Below, one piece after another: positions 41,238 through 49,673 of a stretch of 64,000 bases of DNA (position 1 is the first letter of the stretch; each line of letters starts with the position of its first letter). A program made the position numbers and the translations under genes. Source of the DNA: Candidatus Eiseniibacteriota bacterium. Lineage in GTDB: Bacteria > Eisenbacteria > RBG-16-71-46. The stretch is from assembly GCA_038231135.1 (NCBI GenBank), contig JBBRLX010000010.1:32001-96000 (forward strand). The letters run 5' to 3'. Under the pieces are notes generated by a model. It searched no databases, was not told where the DNA came from, and saw only the letters and a program-made list of their open reading frames with translations.

Positions 41238-42389
41238 TCAGTGACGATGCCGGTGGTGGACGTCATGGACATGCGGATGACGATGAGTGAGAGCGGCGTG
41301 CCGGTGCGAATGCGCGTGCGGCACCTGGGCTAGCTCCTCGGGCGTGTGCTCATGCTGGTGGTGTTCATCGTGCTCATGTTCGTGAGCGTGGACCAGCGCT
41401 CCATGCGTATGGAGGTGGTCATGCCGGTCCGTGGCAAGGAGCAGCGCCCCGGCGGTCATGAGTACGAGCGCCGCAATGCCGGCGACCTCGATGGGTTCGT
41501 GCAGGAACAACCAGGACAGCAGTGCGGCAAATCCAGGAGCAAGGGCGAAGAGCATCCCGGTCTGCAGGACTCCCAACTGCCGGAGCCCGCGGACGAACAG
41601 GGTGATGGAGACCCCGAAGGAAATCGCCCCGACCAGCATGGCGACAACGGCCCGCAGGAGCGTCCAGTGTCCGAATCCGCTGAACGCGGCCGCAAGGAGC
41701 AAGCTGGTGGCTCCACCCGCGAGGCCTTTCACCGCCACGATCTGCCTTGCATCGCGCAGGCTCACCCGCTGCGTCAGATTGTTGTCGAGACCCCACAAGG
41801 CGCAGGCGCCAACTACCAGGGCGACCCCGCTCCATCGTGTGGCGCCCATGGGCGTGCCTCCGCCCGGAAACGAGAGGAGAACCGCGCCCGAGATGACCGC
41901 GAGCGCTCCGAGCCAGCCGCGCCGGCCCAGGTACTCACCCGACAACAGGACTCCCAGACCCACCGTGAACACGGCTTCGAAGTTGAGGAGGAGACCGGCG
42001 ACGTGGCCGCTCACCTGCCGGAGGCCGACGAACAGCAGCAGCGGCGCGAGAACCCCGCCCGAGAGCACCGCCCCGCCCAGCCACAACCACTCGCTGCCGC
42101 GCAACGCATTCCTGCTCTCCGCCGGCAGTCCGCGCCGTCGCACGGCCAGCAGGATCGCGCACAGCAACCCGGCCGAGAGGTAGAACGCGCCCGATAGCGC
42201 CAGCGGCTCGACATCGCTCAGCAGCCGCTTGCCTGCCGGCACGCTCGCCGCAAACGCGAGCGCCGCGAGCACGACCTCGGCTTGTCCGCGGCGCAGGCGT
42301 AAGTGGCGCGATTTCCCGGCTGCATCAATGCTCGTGATGGGCACGGTCGTGCTCCTCGGGCGAATTCCCAGCGTGCGCGACACTAGCAA
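41238..42389 (-). CDS. DMT/EamA-family transporter with His-rich C-terminal tail
   Basis: About 10 TM segments, LLLNFEAVFT, WGLDNNLT, tail ending HPHVHDVHHRHRH; start uncertain (42389 or 42344). Confidence 0.85.
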   Translation of the reverse strand: MLVSRTLGIRPRSTTVPITSIDAAGKSRHLRLRRGQAEVVLAALAFAASVPAGKRLLSDVEPLALSGAFYLSAGLLCAILLAVRRRGLPAESRNALRGSEWLWLGGAVLSGGVLAPLLLFVGLRQVSGHVAGLLLNFEAVFTVGLGVLLSGEYLGRRGWLGALAVISGAVLLSFPGGGTPMGATRWSGVALVVGACALWGLDNNLTQRVSLRDARQIVAVKGLAGGATSLLLAAAFSGFGHWTLLRAVVAMLVGAISFGVSITLFVRGLRQLGVLQTGMLFALAPGFAALLSWLFLHEPIEVAGIAALVLMTAGALLLATDRHDHLHTHGALVHAHEHEHDEHHQHEHTPEELAQVPHAHSHRHAALTHRHPHVHDVHHRHRH

Positions 42390-42402
42390 GTTGTCCTGAA
42401 CG

Positions 42403-42432
42403 CGGGCCTAACCTCAACACGGGCCTAACCTC
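42403..42432. repeat. 13-bp direct repeat upstream of the DMT gene
   Basis: CGGGCCTAACCTC at 42403-42415 and 42420-42432. Confidence 0.7.
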
Positions 42433-42463
42433 GTTCGTCTGCCTGCCTGCCTGCCGCGTGTCG

Positions 42464-42659
42464 TCAGGCGACCGATCCCGGTTCCCGTGAAAACCGCTGT
42501 GACCCGGGCGTCGTGAGCAGCTCGCCGGTCTCGAGCAGCGTCTTGAGGCCCGAGAGGATCATCGGCCAGCCGCCATAGATCTGACTGTTGGCAGTCTCGC
42601 GCAGCTGATCATGGGATGACCATCAGCCGGCAGGAATCGCCGACCGGCTCGATCTCGAG
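42464..42659 (-). pseudogene. 5'-truncated, frameshifted SRPBCC/AHSA1-domain gene remnant
   Basis: Minus strand reads LEIEPVGDSCRLMVI, then after one extra C near 42613 HDQLRETANSQIYGGWPMILSGLKTLLETGELLTTPGS...stop at 42464; no start or N-terminal part. Confidence 0.75.
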
Positions 42660-42706
42660 GTTCTCGCCGCCCCGTCTTAAGTGGCGCCTGAGTGGACTCT
42701 CGTGCA

Positions 42707-42763
42707 ATAAAACATAAACAAACAGTAATAAAAGTTGACAAACATTACCAACAATGGGACGAT
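42707..42763 (+). promoter_or_regulatory. AT-rich promoter with five phased 10-bp imperfect direct repeats
   Basis: ATAAAACATA / AACAAACAGT / AATAAAAGTT / GACAAACATT / ACCAACAATG spanning TTGACA (42735-42740)-N17-GACGAT. Confidence 0.6.
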
Positions 42764-42785
42764 GGATTCATAAGGAGGGAGAGTC

Positions 42786-43610
42786 ATGACCGTGGTACCG
42801 ACCACCCCGATCCCGTCCGCTCGCACGCAGTCCGGCTACGGCTCGTTCCTGACGCAAGTCCTCAGCGATCGAGAGCAATTCTTCAGCGACGTCGTCGAAG
42901 GCGAAGGGCTGGGTGCCAAGCTCGCGAACTCGATCGGGACACTCGTCGCGTTGTGCGCGCTCTACGGCGCCGCGGCCGGAGCCTATGCGGGTCCCGTGCA
43001 AGCCGTCGCCGCGGCAGTCAAACTGCCGCTGCTGTTCCTGGGAACTCTGGCGATCTGCTTCCCCGGGTTCTTCGTGATCCAGGTGCTCGTCGGCTCGCGC
43101 CTCAGGCTGTCGCAGGTCCTGACACTCGTGCTCGGAGCGCTATCGCTCACTGCGATCCTGCTCGCGGCGGTGGTCCCGATCACCGCATTCTTCCTGCTCA
43201 CGGGAGCGAACTACTATTTCCTCACGCTGCTCCACGTGGTGATCGTGCTCGGCGCCGGTCTGGTGGGCATGGCGGCGCTCCATGACGGACTGGCGTTCGC
43301 GTGCGAGAAACGCGGCGTGTACCCGAAGAAGGCGATGACCATCATGAAGGTCTGGGCGGTCCTGTTCGCGTTCGTCGGCATCCAGATGGCGTGGAACCTC
43401 CAGCCGTTCGTCGGCGACCGCGGCGAGCCGTTCCAGTGGTTCCGGCACAACGAGGGCAACTTCTATACGGCCGTGATCTATTCACTGCAGAAGCTCACGC
43501 ACGGCGACGTGAACCGGACCCTGTTCGCGCCACCGCCGAGCCGCCGCGACCTCGGAAGCGTGCGCGATCTCGCCAAGCCCACGGTGCCCGACACCGTCCC
43601 CGTGCGATGA
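42786..43610 (+). CDS. Five-TM hypothetical membrane protein (Yip1-like topology)
   Basis: TAAGGAGG RBS; KLPLLFL, FVGIQMAWNLQPFVG, GNFY motifs. Resembles the family often labelled 'actin-binding WH2 domain-containing protein' (from recall, not searched). Confidence 0.65.
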   Translation: MTVVPTTPIPSARTQSGYGSFLTQVLSDREQFFSDVVEGEGLGAKLANSIGTLVALCALYGAAAGAYAGPVQAVAAAVKLPLLFLGTLAICFPGFFVIQVLVGSRLRLSQVLTLVLGALSLTAILLAAVVPITAFFLLTGANYYFLTLLHVVIVLGAGLVGMAALHDGLAFACEKRGVYPKKAMTIMKVWAVLFAFVGIQMAWNLQPFVGDRGEPFQWFRHNEGNFYTAVIYSLQKLTHGDVNRTLFAPPPSRRDLGSVRDLAKPTVPDTVPVR

Positions 43611-43846
43611 GCAAGCCGAACGACCCTGAAATCCACGAGATCCTGACGCTCGAGGAGGTGGCGAAGTACCTGCGCCTCAAACCTCAGACTATCTACAAGT
43701 GGGCGCAGGAGAAGTCCATCCCCGCGGTCAAGCTCGGCAAGGAATGGCGCTTCCGCAGGAGCGTGCTCGATCGCTGGCTCGACGATCGCATGCTGGGCGA
43801 GGAGTCGGGCTTCAGTCATCTCCGGAATGGGGACGGCGAGGGCTGA
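43607..43846 (+). CDS. Excisionase-like (HTH_17/BldC-like) DNA-binding protein, 79 aa
   Basis: ILTLEEVAKYLRLKPQTIYKWAQEKSIPAVKLGKEWRF; ATGA overlap with the upstream gene. Confidence 0.88.
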   Translation: MSKPNDPEIHEILTLEEVAKYLRLKPQTIYKWAQEKSIPAVKLGKEWRFRRSVLDRWLDDRMLGEESGFSHLRNGDGEG

Positions 43847-43850
43847 ACGC

Positions 43851-45641
43851 TCAGCGCTCGGCCAGCTCCCGCATCCGCCGCCTGAGGTCCTCGTTCTCCG
43901 GATCCGCCGCGAGCCCGGCGCGAATCTCGGCGCGTGCCGCGTCCGGATTGCGCTCCAGCAGGTCGACGTTCGCGAGCAGTTCGTGCGCATGGGACGCGTA
44001 GTGCGACTCCCGGATCACGCGTTCGAGATCCGCGCGCAGCCTGGCTCGGAGCGCGGGATCGCGCGCCAGTCGCGGGGCCAGGAACGCGAGCTTCGAGTTT
44101 CCGGCCGGCGCCACGGCGTAGGCCCAGCGCCGCGCCACCTCGGCCATCGGCCCCGCGCGGCGCGCGAACAGCAGCGCAGCATCGTCCTGGAACACCAGCG
44201 CCCACGTGGAGTCGGCATCGATGAAGTCGGGCAGCCGGTCGGCGGCGAACGTCCGGCGCGCGAGCAGCGCCCATTCGAACTGGTACTTGTCGTCCAACCG
44301 GTGCCAGTACTCCGGGCGCTCGAGCGAATAGGAGTAGAGGCGGCGGTCTTCCGGCGTTCCCGACTGATGGATGTCCATGAACGGCAGCCGGTCGCGCTCG
44401 GGCCAGAACCGCCACAGCAGGTAGCCGCCGAACGAGAACGTATTGTAGCCGCGTCCCCGCACGCCGTGGACCGCGATGAAATCGCACGCCCTGACCGGGA
44501 ACCTCTCCCAGACGATCCCGATGCCGGGAGGGAGCGCGATCCATTCGGGCACGGCGATGGCGACGCACGCCGCGCAGGTGATCGCGGCGCGCGTCCAGGC
44601 TGCGCGCGGCATCCGCGCGGCCGCAGCGCGGAATCGCTCCACGATGTTGCGCGCGAGGAACGGCGTGCCCACGATCGCGAGGAACCCCAGGAACCGCGCC
44701 CCGCGCACCGCGAGGGGCACGAACAGCAGGGCAAGCAGCACTTCCACCCAGTCGATGCCGCGGCGGCGGACCCGCAGCAGCGCCAGCAGCGGCCAGCCGA
44801 AGATCAGCGCCGGCGCGCCGTTCCACAGATTTTCGCTCCAGCGGATCGGCTGCAGCTCGCCGATCGTGACGTAGATCGGCTCGCGGCTCTCGTGCAGCAG
44901 GAACTCGAATGGGCTCCAGAGCGCGCGCCAGCCATAGGGATTGAGGAACGACACCGCGAACATGCCCGCGCCGATCAGGACCAGTCGCAGCGCCGGGCCG
45001 CGGCCGTGCGCGGCCGCGGCGGACCCCTCGCGCGGGCGGCCGAAGGCGGCGTCGATCACGTACGCCCCGAGGATCGCGAGCCCCAGGTGATAGGACACGT
45101 GGCAGTTGATCCAGGCCCACGCGAGCGGCAGCAGCCACGGCGTGCGATCGGGGCCGCCGCGGCGGCGCGTCTCCAGGATCCACAACTCGATCGCCATGAG
45201 CACGGCGGCAATGCTCTCGGGCCGCACCTGCGAGCGATCGCGCCACGCCAGCGCTCCCATCACGATCACGACGAGCGGCAGGAACCCGCGCGCCCCCGTG
45301 CGCCGTGTGGTGGCGAGCACGACCGCGAACGCCGCGAGCGTGGTTAGCCAGCGCCACGCGAACAGCCCCCACACGCCCGCGATCGCCCAGAACGGGTGGA
45401 TCAGCATCCGGAATCCCCACGACGGCGTGATCGCGGGGGCGCCGTAGGTCGGCCACGTCCAGATCATCGTGCGGGGCACCGCATGCCGCGTCCAGATCGC
45501 GCGACCCACGAGCAGGTGCTGCCAGAAGTCCGGTTCGTGGAGGGGATAGGTGACGATCGCGGCGATGCACAGCGCGGCGAACAGCGCGGCCGCGATCCAG
45601 GCGGGATGGCGGCCGCCATCCTGGGTGCGGCGCGGCGTCAC
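43851..45641 (-). CDS. Polytopic membrane protein, GT-C-like, with C-terminal TPR-like helices
   Basis: EPDFWQHLLVGR after TM1, VRPE, WINCH, FLNPYG, GGYLLW, FMD motifs; GTGA overlap with the moeA stop. Confidence 0.6.
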   Translation of the reverse strand: MTPRRTQDGGRHPAWIAAALFAALCIAAIVTYPLHEPDFWQHLLVGRAIWTRHAVPRTMIWTWPTYGAPAITPSWGFRMLIHPFWAIAGVWGLFAWRWLTTLAAFAVVLATTRRTGARGFLPLVVIVMGALAWRDRSQVRPESIAAVLMAIELWILETRRRGGPDRTPWLLPLAWAWINCHVSYHLGLAILGAYVIDAAFGRPREGSAAAAHGRGPALRLVLIGAGMFAVSFLNPYGWRALWSPFEFLLHESREPIYVTIGELQPIRWSENLWNGAPALIFGWPLLALLRVRRRGIDWVEVLLALLFVPLAVRGARFLGFLAIVGTPFLARNIVERFRAAAARMPRAAWTRAAITCAACVAIAVPEWIALPPGIGIVWERFPVRACDFIAVHGVRGRGYNTFSFGGYLLWRFWPERDRLPFMDIHQSGTPEDRRLYSYSLERPEYWHRLDDKYQFEWALLARRTFAADRLPDFIDADSTWALVFQDDAALLFARRAGPMAEVARRWAYAVAPAGNSKLAFLAPRLARDPALRARLRADLERVIRESHYASHAHELLANVDLLERNPDAARAEIRAGLAADPENEDLRRRMRELAER

Positions 45642-46885
45642 GCGGAGTCGGGCCAGCGCAGCAGCCATGCCTCCGCCGTGTCGCCCGCCGCCAGCTCCGC
45701 AGCGCTCTCGGGAATGACGACGAGCACGTGCGCGCGCGATTGCGGCGCGAGGTGGCCCGAGATCTGTGCGCCCGCAGGGGTCGCCTGCCACGCGCCGTCC
45801 CGCGAGACGAGCATCGCCCGCACGAAATCGACGCGTCCCGCGCGCGACGCGAGCTTCTCCGTCACGGTGACCCGCAGGCGCGGCCGGTCGAGACCGGCGA
45901 AGCCCTGCAGCGCTCGCAGCGCCGGGCGCACCAGCGCCTCGAACACGCACGCCACCGACGCCGGATTGCCGGGCAGGCCGAAGTACAGGCGTCCGCCGGG
46001 CGTGCCGAACGCCTGCGGCTGGCCGGGCTTCATCGCGACCTGCAACCACTCGATGCCGCCGAGCTCGGCGAGGCTCTGCTTCACGGGGTCGAAGTCGCCC
46101 ATCGACACGCCGCCGATCGTGAGCGTCACATCCGCGACGCCGAACGCGTGGCGCATGCGCGCCGTAACCTCGGCGGGATCGTCGGACAGCCGCTCGGCCA
46201 GCGTCACGCGGCAGCCCGCCTGTTCGAGCAGCAGCCGCAACGCGAGCGTGTTGCTGTCGCGGATCGCCCCGGGCACGAGCGCATCCTCGATGCCGAGCAG
46301 CTCGTCGCCGGTCGAGAGGATCGCGGCCGTGGGCGCGGGCCCCACCGCCACGCGCGGCACGCCGAGCGCCGCGAGCAGCGCGAGGTCGTGCGGTCCCAGC
46401 TCCCGGCCGGCATCGAGCACGATGTCGCCGGCGCGCAGATCAGCACCGGCGTCGCGCACGTTGGCGCCCGGCAGCGCGGCGCGGGCGAAGCGCACGCGAT
46501 CGTCGCCGAGCGGCGTGGCGTCCTCGAACGGCACCACCGCGTCGGCGCCGGGCGGAACTTCGGCGCCCGTCATGATGCGGCACGCGCAGCCGGGGTGGAG
46601 CGGGGGCGCCGGGCGGCCCGCGGCGGCGAGCCCCGCGACGGGCAATTCGACCGGCTGTCCCGATGCCGCGGACGCCAGGTCCTGGGCGCGCACGGCGAAG
46701 CCGTCCATCGACGAATTGCGGAACGGCGGCAGATCGTGCGGCGCGCGGAGCGTGGCGCGCAACGCGCGGCCGAGCGCCTGATCGAGCGCGAGCGTTTCGG
46801 GAGCGCTCGGGCGGACCGCGGCGAGGACGTGGGCGCGCGCGGCGGAGTAGCTCAGGCGTCTACGGGCGACGACGGTAGATGCCAC
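45638..46885 (-). CDS. moeA: Molybdopterin molybdotransferase
   Basis: PPFRNSSMDGFA, IMTGA, STGDEL, GGVSMGDFD, MKPGQP, GLPGNP; exact start uncertain. Confidence 0.92.
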   Translation of the reverse strand: MASTVVARRRLSYSAARAHVLAAVRPSAPETLALDQALGRALRATLRAPHDLPPFRNSSMDGFAVRAQDLASAASGQPVELPVAGLAAAGRPAPPLHPGCACRIMTGAEVPPGADAVVPFEDATPLGDDRVRFARAALPGANVRDAGADLRAGDIVLDAGRELGPHDLALLAALGVPRVAVGPAPTAAILSTGDELLGIEDALVPGAIRDSNTLALRLLLEQAGCRVTLAERLSDDPAEVTARMRHAFGVADVTLTIGGVSMGDFDPVKQSLAELGGIEWLQVAMKPGQPQAFGTPGGRLYFGLPGNPASVACVFEALVRPALRALQGFAGLDRPRLRVTVTEKLASRAGRVDFVRAMLVSRDGAWQATPAGAQISGHLAPQSRAHVLVVIPESAAELAAGDTAEAWLLRWPDSA

Positions 46886-47342
46886 TCCGGCCTCCGCGCT
46901 TCTCCCACACGGCGAACTCGCCCATCACCATGCCGCGGTCCACGGCTTTCAGCATGTCGTAGAGCGTGAGCGCCGCCACGGTGACCGCCGTGAGCGCCTC
47001 CATCTCGACGCCGGTGCGGGCGCGCGTGCGCACCCGCGCCTCGATGCCGATCGAGGACGTCGCGTCGTCGAACCCGAACTCGATTTCGACGCCTTCGATG
47101 GGAATCGGGTGCGCCAGCGGGATCAACTCGCTCGTGCGCTTGGCGCCCATCACGCCCGCGAGGTGCGCAGCGGCGAGCACGTTGCCCTTGGGCGCACGCT
47201 CGTTGCGCGCCAGCGCGAGCGTCGCCGAGTGCATGAACACGCGGCCGCGCGCGACGGCGACACGCGCCGTGACGCGCTTGCCGGCAATGTCGACCATGCG
47301 AACGCGGCCGGTGGGGTCGAGATGAGTGAGTTTGCGGGGCAC
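46860..47342 (-). CDS. moaC: Cyclic pyranopterin monophosphate synthase
   Basis: LTHLD...MVDI, KGNVL, LIPLAH, TGVEMEAL, YDMLKAVD, KRGGRSG. Confidence 0.93.
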   Translation of the reverse strand: MPRKLTHLDPTGRVRMVDIAGKRVTARVAVARGRVFMHSATLALARNERAPKGNVLAAAHLAGVMGAKRTSELIPLAHPIPIEGVEIEFGFDDATSSIGIEARVRTRARTGVEMEALTAVTVAALTLYDMLKAVDRGMVMGEFAVWEKRGGRSGIYRRRP

Positions 47343-47479
47343 GCAGGAACACTAGGCAGCGCCCGTGAAGCGTGTCAACGGCGCGAACCGAACGACACGA
47401 GGGTGATGACGTGAGTTCCCACCCGCTGAATCCGCCCGATTCTTGACACCCGTGCCCCCCCTGCTACTGTCGCGGCCCC

Positions 47480-48454
47480 GTGTCCTCCCATCGCCCGCGG
47501 CTCCCGATCTCCACGCGTCACGCGTTCGCGCTCGCCTTCGACCTGGCGGCGCGACGGGATCCGTTGCAGTCGCTGCTGGTGCCGCTGCTGCTGCAGGCGC
47601 CGTGGATCCTGGCGCTCGCGGTGCTGCCGCCACTCAAGGATGCCGAGCGGCCGTGGCAGGTGTTCGGGGTGTGGCTGTGCGCCCAGATCGGCAACTTCGT
47701 GATCTGGCTGATCGTAAGTGCGATGCTGCGGTTCCGGGCGCGTTCGGTGTTCAACACCCCGGCCGAGATTCCGCCGGCGCCCGTCATCGATTGCTATTCG
47801 AAGGGCCTCAAGCGCGTGCCGTGGCTGCTCCTCACCGAGGTGGTGCGCAACATCTCGCTGGTGATCGCGACGTTCTTCTTCATCGTCCCGGCGGTGTTCC
47901 TGGGATTCCGGCTGTCGTTCGCGACCGAGTCGGTGGTGCTCGACGAGCCGCACATGGCGGGATCGTTCCAGCGGTCGTTCCAGCTCACCGAGGGCCGGTT
48001 CGAACGCTGGCTCGAGATGATCGTGGTGTCGGTGATGCTGGTGTTCTGCGGCGCGTTCGTGGGCGCGGTGCTGTCGCTGCTGTTTCCGGCCCCCGGCATC
48101 AACGTGTGGGTGGCGGTTACCCAGCTCCTGATCATCGCGATGATGCCGATCATCCAGTACGCGTGGACGTTCTTCTATCTGCGGCTCGTGGAGAGCGACC
48201 ACCCGCTGCCGGCCGGAGCCGGGGTGCCGCCCGCCTATGCCGTGTCGGGCATGGTCCCCGCGGCCGCGGTCGCGACGCTGGCGGATCCCGGCATCGCGAC
48301 GCCGGACGCCGGCCCGAGCGATCGAACGGAGCCGCTGGGCGCATCGCCGCTCGCGGGCACGGAGCCGTTCGCTGCGGCCGCGCCCGCGACCGGCGGGGAA
48401 TCGCATGCCGGGGGGAATTCGCACGCGGGCGCCGAGTCGCTGCCGCAAGCCTGA
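47480..48454 (+). CDS. Hypothetical membrane protein with disordered Ala/Pro-rich C-terminal tail
   Basis: About 6 TM segments, SFQRSFQLTEG and FYLRL motifs; TTGACA-N16-TACTGT just upstream. Confidence 0.65.
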   Translation: MSSHRPRLPISTRHAFALAFDLAARRDPLQSLLVPLLLQAPWILALAVLPPLKDAERPWQVFGVWLCAQIGNFVIWLIVSAMLRFRARSVFNTPAEIPPAPVIDCYSKGLKRVPWLLLTEVVRNISLVIATFFFIVPAVFLGFRLSFATESVVLDEPHMAGSFQRSFQLTEGRFERWLEMIVVSVMLVFCGAFVGAVLSLLFPAPGINVWVAVTQLLIIAMMPIIQYAWTFFYLRLVESDHPLPAGAGVPPAYAVSGMVPAAAVATLADPGIATPDAGPSDRTEPLGASPLAGTEPFAAAAPATGGESHAGGNSHAGAESLPQA

Positions 48455-48578
48455 ATCGCCGTCGGCCGCCACTGCAGGCGCGAGCCGGAATCCCTCGTGT
48501 GTCGCCCGCGGCCGGTGACGGTATGATGGGCACACGCCCGCAACCTTCGTGGTGACAGGTCCCGAGAAAGCGAACGCC

Positions 48579-49670
48579 ATGTCCTCGACACCCGTTTCGC
48601 GCGCGTCACAACCGCGGCCGGCCACGGCCGGGACGCCGGCGCGTACGCAATCGATGGTTGGCGCCAGCCCGCGCATGCAGCGCATCTTCAAGCTGGTGCG
48701 CAAGGTGGCGCCCACCGACAGCACGGTGCTGATCGTCGGCGAGAGCGGAACCGGGAAGGAACTGGTCGCCCAGTCCCTGCATCTGCAATCGAAGCGCGCC
48801 GCGGGTCCGTTCGTACCGGTCAATGTCGGTGCGATTCCGGAATCGCTGATCGAGAGCGAGCTGTTCGGGGCCATGAAGGGCGCATATACGGGCGCGATCG
48901 CGGATCGCGCCGGGCTCGTCGAAGAGGCCGACCACGGCACCCTGTTCCTCGACGAGATCGGCGACATGCCGCTCACGACCCAGGTGAAGCTGCTCCGCAC
49001 ACTCGAGAACAGCGAGGTGCGCCGCCTGGGCGACAACGTGACGCGGCTGGTGGACGTGCGAGTCGTGGCCGCGACGCACCGCGATCTACTCGCCGAGGTG
49101 GCGGCCGGGCGGTTCCGCCAGGATCTCTACTACCGGCTGAACGTCGTGCAGATCGACCTGCCTCCGCTGCGCGAGCGGCGCGAGGACGTCGGGCTGCTCG
49201 CGGCGTATTTCCTCGAGCGCGTGGGGCGCCGCGAAGACCGCACCGGGCTCGAGTTCGGCCCCGAGGCCAGGGCGCTGCTCGACCGCTACGATTATCCCGG
49301 CAACGTGCGCGAGCTGGAGAACGCCATCGAGCACGCGGTCGCGGTCGCGGAGGGCAAGCTGATCCTGCCCGCCGATCTGCCGGCGGTGATGCGCGCGCCG
49401 CGCCTGCTGCCGGTGAACGCCGAGGCGGAGCGGGCGCCGTCCGAGCGGCGCCGCGCGGCGCCGCCCGATGGAGTGCCGGGCGCGGATGGCCACGACTTCG
49501 AGGCCGACCGCGACTCGTGGTCGCTCGCCGACGTCGAGCGCGAGCACATTGTCCGGGTGCTCGCGCGTCATCGCGGCAACGCGACGTCGGCCGCGCGCCA
49601 GCTAGGCATCTCCCGCACCACGCTGTGGCGCAAGATGCGCGAGTTCGGCCTCGCGCGGGACCCGCGCTGA
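48579..49670 (+). CDS. Sigma54-dependent enhancer-binding protein without an N-terminal sensor domain
   Basis: GESGTGKE, ESELFG, GAYTGA, LFLDEIG, FRQDLYYRL, YPGNVREL and Fis-type HTH LGISRTTLWRK. Confidence 0.9.
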   Translation: MSSTPVSRASQPRPATAGTPARTQSMVGASPRMQRIFKLVRKVAPTDSTVLIVGESGTGKELVAQSLHLQSKRAAGPFVPVNVGAIPESLIESELFGAMKGAYTGAIADRAGLVEEADHGTLFLDEIGDMPLTTQVKLLRTLENSEVRRLGDNVTRLVDVRVVAATHRDLLAEVAAGRFRQDLYYRLNVVQIDLPPLRERREDVGLLAAYFLERVGRREDRTGLEFGPEARALLDRYDYPGNVRELENAIEHAVAVAEGKLILPADLPAVMRAPRLLPVNAEAERAPSERRRAAPPDGVPGADGHDFEADRDSWSLADVEREHIVRVLARHRGNATSAARQLGISRTTLWRKMREFGLARDPR

Positions 49671-49673
49671 GCG

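Noticed and set aside
42441..42455. GCCT microsatellite (GCCTGCCTGCCTGCC)
   Set aside because: Under four units and intergenic, with no evidence for phase variation.
43607..43846. Excisionase-like gene as evidence of a prophage or ICE
   Set aside because: No integrase, att repeat or phage genes nearby; it is coupled to a membrane protein gene and looks regulatory.
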